Shown here piece after piece: positions 37,584 through 47,837 of a stretch of 64,000 nucleotides of DNA. Below the pieces are notes generated by a model. That model ran no database searches, was not told the origin of the DNA, and saw only the letters and a list, made by a program, of their open reading frames with translations. How positions within the stretch are numbered: position 1 is the first letter of the stretch; the number at the start of each line of letters is the position of its first letter. The translations under genes and the position numbers were made by a program. Source of the stretch: an uncultured bacterium (lineage in GTDB: Bacteria; Fidelibacterota; Marinisomatia; Marinisomatales; UBA1611); contig CALSPG010000008.1 in NCBI GenBank assembly GCA_943788175.1, positions 32,001 through 96,000 of the forward strand, read 5' to 3'.

Positions 37584-38762
37584 ATGAATAAAAATAGAAA
37601 AAGCTTATTCATTTATCTTTTTATGTTGAATTTTTTGATTAATGGGTGTGCCTCAATAATTTATAAATCAATTCCTTTGAAAGATGTCGCAAAGACAAAC
37701 GGGAAATATTTTGTTGGTACTCAAAATTTTCAATTAGTTGACTCTACTAGGTCGATGTGGTTTACTGATGATATCAAAAGTTTTAGGACCCTGAGCGTTA
37801 AGATGTGGTACCCCGCAGATGAAAATTCATTATCTGATCGAGCACCTTACGTAGATCAATATGAATTAATAGCTAAGGCTCTTTCGACTAGTTTGGGTGT
37901 TCCGGAAGCATTGATGAGCAGAGCTGGTGCTGTAAAATGTAATTCTTGGTTAAATGCTGACATATCAATTGGAAATTTTCCGATTGTGATATACTCTCAT
38001 GGGCATCAGAGTCTCAAAATTGCAAATACTTTTCAAGCTGAAGAAATTGCTAGTAATGGGTATATCGTTATCGCTCCTGATCATACATATGACGCGGCTT
38101 TAACTATTATTAATAAGGATAAAATAATTTATACTCGCTCTAAGCTGCCGAATAGTGATGAAGAAGCTGAAGATTCTGAAATGATCGAAAGAGTAAAAGA
38201 GCAATTAAATATTAGGGTAGAAGATGTCAGTTTTGTTATTGATAAAATGATTGAAAAATTTTCAAAAGATCAACAGTTTAATCAGTCTGCTGATTTTGAG
38301 AATATTGGAATATTTGGGCACAGTTTTGGTGGTTCCACTGCTATAATGGCAGCTAATAATGATAACAGAATAGATGCTATCCTTGGCCTTGATGCCTATT
38401 TCTTACCGCTCCCAAATTATATTATTGAAAAAGATATAAATAAACCTTTTATCCACTTAGGACAAACGAGTTGGGGTGACTCAAATAATTATGAATTAAT
38501 GAAAATATGGGGGAGTAATAACAACCAAAATTCGTTTCATCTTTCAGTTGAGGGCTCTAAACACAATGATTTTACAGACTTTTCTCAATTTACAAAACTA
38601 ACTAGAAAGTTTGGTTCAGGAAAAGTTCCTCAAAAAATTATGCGAAATATAATGAATGATGTTATACTACAGTTTTTTAATTATCATTTAAAAAGCATAG
38701 ATACTTTTGATGCTAACCAATTTGAAAATAAGTATGAAAGAGTTAAAACTTATGTTCATTAG
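37584..38762 (+). CDS. Alpha/beta hydrolase (PAF-acetylhydrolase-like), possible lipoprotein
   Basis: WYPA, YSHG, GHSFGG nucleophile motif, LD, H.DFTD. Confidence 0.85.
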   Translation: MNKNRKSLFIYLFMLNFLINGCASIIYKSIPLKDVAKTNGKYFVGTQNFQLVDSTRSMWFTDDIKSFRTLSVKMWYPADENSLSDRAPYVDQYELIAKALSTSLGVPEALMSRAGAVKCNSWLNADISIGNFPIVIYSHGHQSLKIANTFQAEEIASNGYIVIAPDHTYDAALTIINKDKIIYTRSKLPNSDEEAEDSEMIERVKEQLNIRVEDVSFVIDKMIEKFSKDQQFNQSADFENIGIFGHSFGGSTAIMAANNDNRIDAILGLDAYFLPLPNYIIEKDINKPFIHLGQTSWGDSNNYELMKIWGSNNNQNSFHLSVEGSKHNDFTDFSQFTKLTRKFGSGKVPQKIMRNIMNDVILQFFNYHLKSIDTFDANQFENKYERVKTYVH

Positions 38763-38801
38763 ATTTTTTGTATTTTGAAAATCAATTATTAACTTCGCAT
38801 T

Positions 38802-40460
38802 GTGCTCAAATTAATTCCCATCCTTGTTATAATGTTTTTTTATGCCTGTGGGCCTGATTATGATTCTTCATTAGACCTCACAGGTCTGCAATTTGATGGT
38901 GTGGATGATTATGTTTTGATAGAGCAAAATGTTTTACCAGATTCAGGTGATTACACTATTTCTATTTGGGTAAAAGCTGATTCAAATAATTCGAGTGCGA
39001 GAACATTAATTTCTCAGAGTGATACATCTGGGAATCCTTTCTTTTTTGGTTCTAATGCTGTTTCTGATACATCCGGCACTATTAAAATGAGCGAAGACTG
39101 GAGAACACTAAGTGATACGCCATTTTACTTGGACGATAGATGGCATCTATATACAATAGTTAATGATGGAACCATTGGTGATTCTAGTGAAATAATTGAC
39201 ACCTCCTCTTTTTTCATTGATGGCGAAAAATCTTCACTAGTTATGGGGGTTGGTAAAGGATATCCGCTAGTTGAAAGATTTCTTATTGGTACCATGTGGG
39301 ATAGCTCAGGAGAATTTTTCTCTGGTACGATTGATGATATTGTAATTTGGGATCGTAAATTATCAGATGATGAAATTACTTCATTATACAATTCTGGTTT
39401 TGGCCTAGATCCAACTTTAGACACACTAAATTACAAAAGTTCTGAAAATCTCATCGCTTTTTGGCCATTTAGTGAGGGTTTAGATAGCTCTATTACAGAT
39501 TATAGTGGTAATGGATTTAATGGGCAAATATCGGGTGCTAGCTGGGTAAATATCAAATCTAAACTTAATCCTATTGTAGAAATACTAGCTGCAGAAGAAA
39601 AGCAGGATGTCTACCAAAAAGAATTATGGGGAAAAATAACAGATAAGAATGGGAAATCACTTTATCAGGCTAATATTGTTTTGGCAGGTTTTCATAATGA
39701 AGAGTTTAAATGGAAAACAAATATCTTAACGAACAGGAGGGGTGACTATGAGATTAATGATTGTCAGCCCTGGAATAAATTCACTGTTTCATTGGACGGA
39801 TACGAAACTCAAAATTTCTTGCCAGAAGATTCAATTTTTTTAAAAAGTCCGGTTGACTTTACATTAATTGAAAAAATTGAAGATGTTCCTTCTATTGATA
39901 GTACGATGTATGCTGAGATTTCCAAAGAGGCAGAAGAAAATTATGAAATGATCCAATATATGATAAATTCTGCAAAACAGAATCAGGTTATATCTATTCC
40001 TGAGGGAATTCACATCGTTTCAAAACCTATCATTGTAAATAAAAAAGTAAATATTACTATACAGGGCATTCTTTCATCAGGCATAGTATTGATTGATAGT
40101 TACCAGCCTGTTTTCATAATTAATAATTCATCAAACATTGTTCTTCAGCATCTTGTTCTTGGTCATGATATTTCTACAAAGGGGAATCATGATTCAGAGA
40201 TTGTCAGAATTAATAATGGTAATAATATATATGTTAATAGTTGTGAAATTAGTGGGGATGCTGCTATAGGATTAAAGGCCGTTGGCGTAAAGAGTCTGAC
40301 CATCTCTAGTTGCTTTGTACACGATAATAGTTGGTTTGCATTTTCTTTTCAAAAATGCGACAATGTTACCATTGAAAACTCTCAATTAATTGACAATAAG
40401 GAAGTTTTGTATCAAAGGTCTTCTAATGTCGTTCTTCATAGTAATATTGTTAAAGATTAG
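38802..40460 (+). CDS. Lipoprotein with LamG-like, Ig-like and right-handed beta-helix domains
   Basis: Lipobox-like FYAC; FDGVDDYV...FSGTIDDIVIW; DYSGNG.NG; C-terminal parallel beta-helix repeats. Confidence 0.75.
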   Translation: MLKLIPILVIMFFYACGPDYDSSLDLTGLQFDGVDDYVLIEQNVLPDSGDYTISIWVKADSNNSSARTLISQSDTSGNPFFFGSNAVSDTSGTIKMSEDWRTLSDTPFYLDDRWHLYTIVNDGTIGDSSEIIDTSSFFIDGEKSSLVMGVGKGYPLVERFLIGTMWDSSGEFFSGTIDDIVIWDRKLSDDEITSLYNSGFGLDPTLDTLNYKSSENLIAFWPFSEGLDSSITDYSGNGFNGQISGASWVNIKSKLNPIVEILAAEEKQDVYQKELWGKITDKNGKSLYQANIVLAGFHNEEFKWKTNILTNRRGDYEINDCQPWNKFTVSLDGYETQNFLPEDSIFLKSPVDFTLIEKIEDVPSIDSTMYAEISKEAEENYEMIQYMINSAKQNQVISIPEGIHIVSKPIIVNKKVNITIQGILSSGIVLIDSYQPVFIINNSSNIVLQHLVLGHDISTKGNHDSEIVRINNGNNIYVNSCEISGDAAIGLKAVGVKSLTISSCFVHDNSWFAFSFQKCDNVTIENSQLIDNKEVLYQRSSNVVLHSNIVKD

Positions 40461-40478
40461 ACTTTCTTAATATCTTTC

Positions 40479-41189
40479 ATGCAAACGAAAGAAAGAATAT
40501 TATTTTTTATTTTACCCTCTTTTGCCATTTGTGCCTTCATTATTTTTGTAATTATTGGAGCCTTGTCATACAAAGGAGGAAATAATTTAGATCAGAATTC
40601 AATTGGGTATTCTTTTGCTAATAACTATCTTAGTGATTTGGGTAGACTGAAATCAGTTGCTGGTCATGTTAATTCAGTTCCTTTCTATTGTTTCAATGGT
40701 GGGCTCATAATGTTGAGTGTCGTTTTTTCACTTTATTTTTCATTTTTGCCATCTCTTTATGATGAAAGTATAAATGTACAAAACATATCTCGAGTCGGAT
40801 CTATTTTTGGCTTTTTGGCGAGTCTTTGCTTTGCCGGAGTAGCATTTACACCTGCTGATTTATTATTAGAACCTCACATATTTTTCGCTGATTGGTTATT
40901 CCGATTAATGAACTTATCAATTATTTTTTATGCTATTTCTTACGTGATAATGGAAAAAAAATATTTCATTTTTTCCTTTATTTTTGGGCTTGTTGCATTA
41001 TTTGTAAGCGCACACATAATACTGTCTGACTTTGGACTAGCAAAATTCTTTAATGAACCACATACCGTAAGGGTGCTGTCCCAGAAAGCTGCTTCAATTG
41101 CACTTCTTATCAGTGTCCCCTTAATGACAATCTATAACCGGCAACGTTTAAAATCAGGCCCTGTAGTTCTTAAAATTTTATCTTTATAA
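40479..41189 (+). CDS. Membrane protein (DUF998-like)
   Basis: Y.GG, GYSF..NYLSDLG; multiple TM segments. Confidence 0.65.
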   Translation: MQTKERILFFILPSFAICAFIIFVIIGALSYKGGNNLDQNSIGYSFANNYLSDLGRLKSVAGHVNSVPFYCFNGGLIMLSVVFSLYFSFLPSLYDESINVQNISRVGSIFGFLASLCFAGVAFTPADLLLEPHIFFADWLFRLMNLSIIFYAISYVIMEKKYFIFSFIFGLVALFVSAHIILSDFGLAKFFNEPHTVRVLSQKAASIALLISVPLMTIYNRQRLKSGPVVLKILSL

Positions 41190-41233
41190 TAATAGATATA
41201 ACATATTATCTAAAACATAAATAGGAGGCTGTA

Positions 41234-41518
41234 ATGAAACAGTATGCAATTGGATTTATTTCTGCAATTATGATATTTCTTGTGGTAATCGTATCAGCGG
41301 GATTTGCTCCCGCTCCAAATTTTGGTATGGCAGGGAAATATCAAATTGATACATTGCTTATTAAGCAAGAGGATTATCTTGGAAATAAAAGTTATGAGGT
41401 CTTATATACCATTTTTGATACATCTACTGGTGATATAAAGCAAACGAGAAGAGTCCCTCACAGTAATTATATAGCAAAAAAGATACAAAGACAAAAATCT
41501 GCATTTGATTATAAATAG
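41234..41518 (+). CDS. Small exported hypothetical protein
   Basis: AGGAGG RBS, hydrophobic N-terminus. Confidence 0.75.
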   Translation: MKQYAIGFISAIMIFLVVIVSAGFAPAPNFGMAGKYQIDTLLIKQEDYLGNKSYEVLYTIFDTSTGDIKQTRRVPHSNYIAKKIQRQKSAFDYK

Positions 41519-41533
41519 ATAGAGGAGTTTATT

Positions 41534-41782
41534 ATGAAAAAGTATAGTATCGGAATATTAACAGGACTTATGCTTGGTATAGGGAGTGTGTTTTTTTTAG
41601 GATCGTCTACCATTAAACCTGGTGGAGATCGCTATGAGTATATAAGTGGTTCGACAGTAGATTTAAAAATCTTTGATAAACGTACGGGGAAAATGTTCGT
41701 TCGAGGTCGTGATTTTGTTACGGAATATGATATAATTAATGGTTATTATAGAGTTCAAACATTTACTTTATATGAAGAATAA
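41534..41782 (+). CDS. Small exported hypothetical protein, probable paralog of previous
   Basis: GAGGAG RBS, shared MK.Y.IG and IFD..TG motifs. Confidence 0.75.
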   Translation: MKKYSIGILTGLMLGIGSVFFLGSSTIKPGGDRYEYISGSTVDLKIFDKRTGKMFVRGRDFVTEYDIINGYYRVQTFTLYEE

Positions 41783-41798
41783 GTAGTATTTCTTACAA

Positions 41799-42746
41799 AT
41801 GATTAAACAAAACATAGATAGAGCAGCAGCAAGAATAAGTAAATACGTTCAAAAAACTCCATTTGAAAAATCTGAAATGATATCTAAGATGACTGGAGCT
41901 GAGGTTTGGCTAAAGATGGAAAATCAACAGCACACAGGATCATTTAAGTTTAGAGGAGCAATGAATAAAATGCTTACTTTGAGCCAGCAGCAACTAGATT
42001 CAGGTATCTATGCTGCATCAACAGGCAATCATGGAGCAGCTGTTGCTTATGCTAGCCAGATTCTTAAAGTCCCTTGTATTGTTTATGTTCCAGAAAAATC
42101 TTCAGAAGCAAAATTAGCTAACATGATGAGTTTTGGTGCTGAAATCAGAGTACATGGTGTAGATTGCATGGAAGGTGAGATAAAAGCTAGAGAAGTAGCA
42201 AGTAAAACGGGAGGAGTATACGTTTCTCCTTACAATGATGCTGAAATCGTTTACGGACAAGGTACTATTTCCGAAGAAATACAATCTCAATGCGACGGCC
42301 TTGACGCCATTATAGTTTCAGTTGGTGGTGGTGGGTTGATTAGCGGCGTAGGAGGTTACCTAAAATCAATTTGGCCTAATATTGAGGTAATAGCTGCTTC
42401 ACCTGAGAATCATGCGGTAATGATAAAATCATTAGAGAAAGGGGAGATAGTTAAAATCAATCCAAAGCCCACAATTTCTGATGGAACAGCTGGCGGTGTT
42501 GAAGAAGGGTCAATTACGTTTGATCATTGTCAAAATTTTGTAGATCACACGATATTACTGACTGAGCAAGAAATTGAAGAAGGTTTAATACATGTACTCG
42601 AAAAAGAACGAGTTTTAGTTGAAGGTGCTGCCGGTACATCAGTAGCTGCTTTGATTAAAATGCAAGACCAGTTAAAGGGGAAGAAAGTTGGAATTATCCT
42701 CTGTGGTAAAAATATTAGTGTTGATGTACTTAAAAGAATTTTATGA
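41799..42746 (+). CDS. PLP-dependent threonine/serine dehydratase (no regulatory domain)
   Basis: TGSFKFRGA, STGNHG, VGGGGL. Confidence 0.9.
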   Translation: MIKQNIDRAAARISKYVQKTPFEKSEMISKMTGAEVWLKMENQQHTGSFKFRGAMNKMLTLSQQQLDSGIYAASTGNHGAAVAYASQILKVPCIVYVPEKSSEAKLANMMSFGAEIRVHGVDCMEGEIKAREVASKTGGVYVSPYNDAEIVYGQGTISEEIQSQCDGLDAIIVSVGGGGLISGVGGYLKSIWPNIEVIAASPENHAVMIKSLEKGEIVKINPKPTISDGTAGGVEEGSITFDHCQNFVDHTILLTEQEIEEGLIHVLEKERVLVEGAAGTSVAALIKMQDQLKGKKVGIILCGKNISVDVLKRIL

Positions 42747-43702
42747 AAATCTATGGACTCGAAGACATTAAACGAGTCTTGCCACAAATTGACCTAACTC
42801 CAATAATTAAAGAAGGGTTTATGGCCTACTCATCAGGTCTTTCAGTTGTACCACCTGTTGGAGAATTATTATTTGAAGACCCTCCTGGTGACGTCCATAT
42901 AAAATATGGTTATATTCAAAATGATGATTATTATGTTATAAAAATAGCTTCAGGGTTTTACGGAAATCACGAATTAAATATACCGTCTAGTCAAGGTGGT
43001 ATGATGATATTGTTTGATCAAAAAACAGGTAAAGAGGTTGGTATCTTAATTGATCAATGCTATTTAACAAATGTAAGAACAGCCATAGCTGGAGCAATAT
43101 GCGCAGAGTTATTTGCACCTTATAATTTGAATTGTATTGGTGTTATAGGCACTGGAGTACAAGCTAGGATGCAAATTAGTTATTTGAGCAATCTCACCAA
43201 TTGTAAAAAAATAAAAGTATGGGGTCGAGGAGGAAAAAGTGTTGAAAAATACATTGAAGAAATGTCTTTATTAGGATGGAATATTGAAAAAGCTCAAACA
43301 ACAGATGAGATTGCTGCTACATGTGATTTAATTATTACTGCAACGCCATCAAAAGAACCTCTTTTAAAAAGTAGAAACCTTAAAAAAGGAACTCATATTA
43401 ATGCAATTGGCTCAGATTCTCCTGAAAAAAATGAAATTGATCACCAAATTTTTAAAATGACTGATTTAATAGTTGCAGATAGTATATCACAATGTTTGGA
43501 AAGAGGTGAAATTTCTCACGGGATCAAAGGAGGGTCAATTGAACAAAAAAATATTAAAGAATTGGGGTCTTTAATTGAAAGTAAAAGTGACCATCGTTGT
43601 CAAAGTAACCAAATCACTTTTGCTGATTTAACTGGTGTTGCTGTTCAAGATATTCAAATTGCCAAAGCAGTATTTAACGCCTGTAAAAGGTTGGAAGTAT
43701 GA
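42743..43702 (+). CDS. Ornithine cyclodeaminase/mu-crystallin family protein
   Basis: LT..RTA.AGA, IGTG.QA, HINAIGSD, DLTGVAVQD. Confidence 0.9.
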   Translation: MKIYGLEDIKRVLPQIDLTPIIKEGFMAYSSGLSVVPPVGELLFEDPPGDVHIKYGYIQNDDYYVIKIASGFYGNHELNIPSSQGGMMILFDQKTGKEVGILIDQCYLTNVRTAIAGAICAELFAPYNLNCIGVIGTGVQARMQISYLSNLTNCKKIKVWGRGGKSVEKYIEEMSLLGWNIEKAQTTDEIAATCDLIITATPSKEPLLKSRNLKKGTHINAIGSDSPEKNEIDHQIFKMTDLIVADSISQCLERGEISHGIKGGSIEQKNIKELGSLIESKSDHRCQSNQITFADLTGVAVQDIQIAKAVFNACKRLEV

Positions 43703-44808
43703 AGTTTGAAGAATTTGAATTAGAAAGAAATCAATCTCTTTTTGAGCATAAAGTTGATTTTAATTTGTCAGAAAGTGGTTTACACCCCCTACCGTTAAAA
43801 GATATACTAACCAAGGAAGAGCAACGCAGTCTTTTAGATACTGAACTTATATATGGTTACACTAAAGGGACACCACTTCTTAGAGATAGAATAACGGGAC
43901 TATATGAAGGCGCAAAACGCGAAAATATTTTAGCTACTTCAGGCTCAGCAGAAGCAAATTTCATAGCCATCATGACTACTTTGAATCCTGGTGATGAGCT
44001 TATTTATATGATCCCAAATTATTTGCAAATTCGAGGAATTGCTCGTAGTTGTGGAGTCAAGGTAATTGAGTTACCATTGCATGAAGAATTAGGATGGCAG
44101 TGGGACATTGATGAATTAAAGTCAAAAATTTCAAAAAAAACAAAAATGATTGCAGTTTGTCATCCAAATAATCCTACTGGTTCTATTGTTTCTGCAGATA
44201 ACATGCGAAGTATAATAGAAATAGCTTCTGAAAATGATTGCTGGATATTATCTGATGAAGTATATAGAGGTGCAGAATTAAACGGAATAGAATCACCCTC
44301 TTTTTATGGCAGTTATGAAAAAACTATAGTCAATGCTGGTTTATCAAAAGCATATAGATTACCAGGTCTCAGACTAGGTTGGACCGTGGGGCCTAGAGAC
44401 TATATTAAAAAAGCTTGGGCTTTTCATGATTACACATCTATAAGTGTTGCATATCATAGTGATTGGGTTGCTTCAAAAATTTTAGAGAAAGAAAGACGAA
44501 AAGCGATTCTAGACGGTACTAAAAATCATCTAAATGAAAATATGAATACTCTCAGAGAGTGGGTTGATTCTTTAGATGGAAAATTGAGTATGAGTGTACC
44601 TCAAGCAGGTGCGATAGCTTTTGTTAGAATACATATGAATGAAAGTTCAAAAAAACTAACATATCATATAAGAGATAACTTTAGTGTCTTATTAACAGCG
44701 GGTGAATGGTTTGGGCTTGAAGGTTTTCTCAGGTTTGGATATGGTTCACCCAATCAATATTTATCAGCCGCTCTTGAAAGAATAGGCACATCATTAAAAA
44801 AAATATAA
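43699..44808 (+). CDS. Aminotransferase class I/II
   Basis: PNNPTG, DEVY, GLSKAYRLPGLRLGW. Confidence 0.9.
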   Translation: MKFEEFELERNQSLFEHKVDFNLSESGLHPLPLKDILTKEEQRSLLDTELIYGYTKGTPLLRDRITGLYEGAKRENILATSGSAEANFIAIMTTLNPGDELIYMIPNYLQIRGIARSCGVKVIELPLHEELGWQWDIDELKSKISKKTKMIAVCHPNNPTGSIVSADNMRSIIEIASENDCWILSDEVYRGAELNGIESPSFYGSYEKTIVNAGLSKAYRLPGLRLGWTVGPRDYIKKAWAFHDYTSISVAYHSDWVASKILEKERRKAILDGTKNHLNENMNTLREWVDSLDGKLSMSVPQAGAIAFVRIHMNESSKKLTYHIRDNFSVLLTAGEWFGLEGFLRFGYGSPNQYLSAALERIGTSLKKI

Positions 44809-44817
44809 TCTTTTTAG

Positions 44818-45609
44818 TTAAAGAATCTCAGGAACATAATTAAAATTAGATCTTTCTGGCCTTTCATAAGAATCTGAAGGCGCTCTATCAGGCAGCTCTA
44901 CTTGCTCATGCTCTATGTCTTCATAATTAATTTTACTAAGAATATGCGAAATGCAATTTATTCTTGATTTCTTTTTAATATCAGATTCTACAATATACCA
45001 GGGGGAAATATTGGTATCTGTGTGTTCAAGCATATTATCTTTTGCTTTAGAATAATCTTCCCACCTATTAATTGACTCTAAATCCATTGGGCTCAGTTTC
45101 CAGACTTTGGTAGGATCATTGATTCTATCTTGAAAACGTTTTACCTGTTCATCTGCGCTAACAGAGAACCAATATTTTAAAAGGGTAATTCCAGAACCAA
45201 TTAACATTCTTTCAAAGTCGGGAGCAGTTTGTAAAAACTCGATGTATTCTTTATCGCTGCAAAAGCCCATTACTTTCTCCACTCCTGCGCGGTTATACCA
45301 ACTCCTATCAAAAAGAACAATTTCTCCTGCCGCTGGGAGGTGAGAAATATATCTTTGGAAATACCACTGGGTTTTTTCTCGATCCGAAGGCTTTGCTAAG
45401 GCAGCAACTTTGCAACTTCTAGGATTAAGGTTTTCAGTAATTCTTTTTATGGTACCACCTTTTCCAGCAGCATCTCTACCTTCAAAAAGGATAACTACTT
45501 TTTTATCATTCTCAATTACCCAATCCTGCATGTGAACAAGTTTAACTTGAAGCTCTTTAATTAGCTGGTTATATTTATTTTTAAATTCTTTTTTTTTGCT
45601 CATGATCAT
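44818..45609 (-). CDS. ppk2: Polyphosphate kinase 2
   Basis: FEGRDAAGKGG, QWYFQRY, LFDRSWYNR, WKLSPMD. Confidence 0.95.
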   Translation of the reverse strand: MIMSKKKEFKNKYNQLIKELQVKLVHMQDWVIENDKKVVILFEGRDAAGKGGTIKRITENLNPRSCKVAALAKPSDREKTQWYFQRYISHLPAAGEIVLFDRSWYNRAGVEKVMGFCSDKEYIEFLQTAPDFERMLIGSGITLLKYWFSVSADEQVKRFQDRINDPTKVWKLSPMDLESINRWEDYSKAKDNMLEHTDTNISPWYIVESDIKKKSRINCISHILSKINYEDIEHEQVELPDRAPSDSYERPERSNFNYVPEIL

Positions 45610-45761
45610 TCCTAATTCATTAAAAAGTATAGTAAAAATATAATAGACCTTATTTAGTTGTTCAAATCCAATAATTATAAATAGATTTCAAATGCCCACT
45701 GCGGATATTTAGGGCTCCCACATACAACTAAAAGTTTTAACTATTTAATTAGGGAAGCTCA

Positions 45762-46763
45762 ATGAAGAAGATATTATTTTTAGCTTTAGTTTATTTTATT
45801 CCAGTCAATGCCCAAAATAATCCATGCTATGATGACCTCTATTTATCCTTAAAAGCAAATGGACTCAATGCTATGACGACTAGAGAATATCATTATTTTA
45901 CTCGCAAGGATGAAGAATGTTCTGAGTATAATACTTTCGATAAAAAGTACTATGACCAATTAAATGAGATGCAAAGTGAAATATATAGAATTGCAGAAAA
46001 AATTGGTGAACTAGATGAAGATATTAACCTTGAAAATATTTATGGATTAGGTCGCCTGAAAGCTACAGATCCTGAGCTAAGAAGTCTTGCAATTATGCAA
46101 TCAAAAGATGATGATATAAGAAATGAGTTTAATACTTTATTGGAGAAATTGATTGTTCTTAAAAAAGAAATAAAAGAAGAAAAAAAGGAAGATGTTGGGC
46201 CCACAGATTTAGTTGTTAATTCGCTCACTGTAATTGATAGTTCAAATGGCGGTTACATTAGAACGATAAGTAAAGATGGTAAAAATACAGTTATGATTGG
46301 GAATCATCCTTCAGGTAGCGGAAGTGTAATTACTTATAACCGGGAAGGAGCCCCTTCTGTTAGAATTGGTTCAGATGGTAAATCTGATGGTTATATGAAT
46401 GTAAAACGAAAATCAGGGAAAAATGCTCTATTTGTTGGTGTTGGTGATGATGGAAATAATGTTATTGTTACTTCAAACTCAAAAGGTAATCCATCGATTG
46501 TTGCAGGTGTAAATGATGATGATAATGGATATTTAAAAACCATAAATAATCAAAATAATAGCTCAATAATCATTAGTTCTAAAAAAGATGGATCAGGTTA
46601 TCTATCAACATTTAGCAATTCAGGTAAACGATCGTCTTTTATTTCATCAGATAGAAATGGTAATGGTATGATGGGGTTATATGATAAAGATCAGAAACTT
46701 CAATATTCTCAAAAAGGTATTAAGCCGGTTATAAATGAAATACCTGAAGACAAGAAAAAATAA
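45762..46763 (+). CDS. Exported protein with coiled-coil and 23-aa beta-repeats
   Basis: Signal peptide; helical region; about seven 23-aa Gly-patterned repeats. Confidence 0.75.
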   Translation: MKKILFLALVYFIPVNAQNNPCYDDLYLSLKANGLNAMTTREYHYFTRKDEECSEYNTFDKKYYDQLNEMQSEIYRIAEKIGELDEDINLENIYGLGRLKATDPELRSLAIMQSKDDDIRNEFNTLLEKLIVLKKEIKEEKKEDVGPTDLVVNSLTVIDSSNGGYIRTISKDGKNTVMIGNHPSGSGSVITYNREGAPSVRIGSDGKSDGYMNVKRKSGKNALFVGVGDDGNNVIVTSNSKGNPSIVAGVNDDDNGYLKTINNQNNSSIIISSKKDGSGYLSTFSNSGKRSSFISSDRNGNGMMGLYDKDQKLQYSQKGIKPVINEIPEDKKK

Positions 46764-46796
46764 TCTTACTTTTAAGATAAATCATTGAGGGCCTAA

Positions 46797-47837
46797 ATGC
46801 ATACAATCGATTTACGTAGCGATACCGTAACCCTTCCGACAAAAGAAATGCGAGAAGCAATTTCAAATGCAGAATTAGGTGATGATGTGTTTCAAGAAGA
46901 TCCTACGATTAATAACTTAGAAAAGTTAGCAGCAAAAAAATTCAATAAAGAAGCAGCTATATTTTTACCTAGTGGAACGATGGCCAACCTTGTTGCCGTT
47001 CTTACTCATTGCAATCGTGGTGACGAGGTTATTTTAGGTGACCAATCGCATACTTTTTTGTATGAAGCTGGGGGTATATCTTCTTTTGGAGGTGTTCATT
47101 CCAGGCAATTAAAAAACCATAATGATGGAACAATAAGTTTAAATGATATTAAAAATGCAATAAGAAAAAAGGACGTTCATTTTCCACCATCCCGTCTTAT
47201 ATGTTTAGAAAATACTCACAACAGATGTTTTGGCATGCCTCTAGAAATTAATTATACAAACGCGGTAGTAGATATAGCAAAAAATAATAATATGTCTGTA
47301 CATGTAGATGGTGCAAGAATTTTTAATGCAGCTGTCGCAACTGGTTCTACCGTTGCAGACTTAACGAAAAATGTTGATACTGTATCTTTTTGTCTTTCTA
47401 AAGGATTATCTGCGCCCTCTGGTTCATTACTTTGTGGGGATAAAAATTTTATTCATAGAGCTCGATTTAATCGTAAAGCTCTTGGAGGCGGCATGAGACA
47501 AGCTGGGATATTAGCTGCAGCTGGTATTGTTGCTATTGATATTATGTCTGAAAAAATCATTGAAGATCATCTGAATGCAAAAGCTCTTGCAGGCGGGATA
47601 GCTAAAATCGATGGCATTATTATTGAAACAGAAAAGATAAATACAAATATTATATACTTCAAACTTGATCATCCAAAAGTAAATAGTGAATTACTTTTAG
47701 AGACTATGGGTAAAAAAAACATACGATTTTTTGAATTGGGTCCTAATTGGTTTAGGCTTGTAACGCATTCTGGTATAAGTAAAGAAAACATTGATTATGT
47801 AATAGGTGAGTTTGATAGCTTTTTTTCTCAAGCTTGA
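46797..47837 (+). CDS. ltaE: Low-specificity L-threonine aldolase
   Basis: IDLRSDTVT, SGTMAN, LENTHN, DGARIFNA, CLSKGL, GGGMRQAG. Confidence 0.95.
   Translation: MHTIDLRSDTVTLPTKEMREAISNAELGDDVFQEDPTINNLEKLAAKKFNKEAAIFLPSGTMANLVAVLTHCNRGDEVILGDQSHTFLYEAGGISSFGGVHSRQLKNHNDGTISLNDIKNAIRKKDVHFPPSRLICLENTHNRCFGMPLEINYTNAVVDIAKNNNMSVHVDGARIFNAAVATGSTVADLTKNVDTVSFCLSKGLSAPSGSLLCGDKNFIHRARFNRKALGGGMRQAGILAAAGIVAIDIMSEKIIEDHLNAKALAGGIAKIDGIIIETEKINTNIIYFKLDHPKVNSELLLETMGKKNIRFFELGPNWFRLVTHSGISKENIDYVIGEFDSFFSQA

Noticed and set aside
45693-45716. GCCC...GGGC pairing between ppk2 and the next gene
   Set aside because: Only a short stem; insufficient to call a structured RNA
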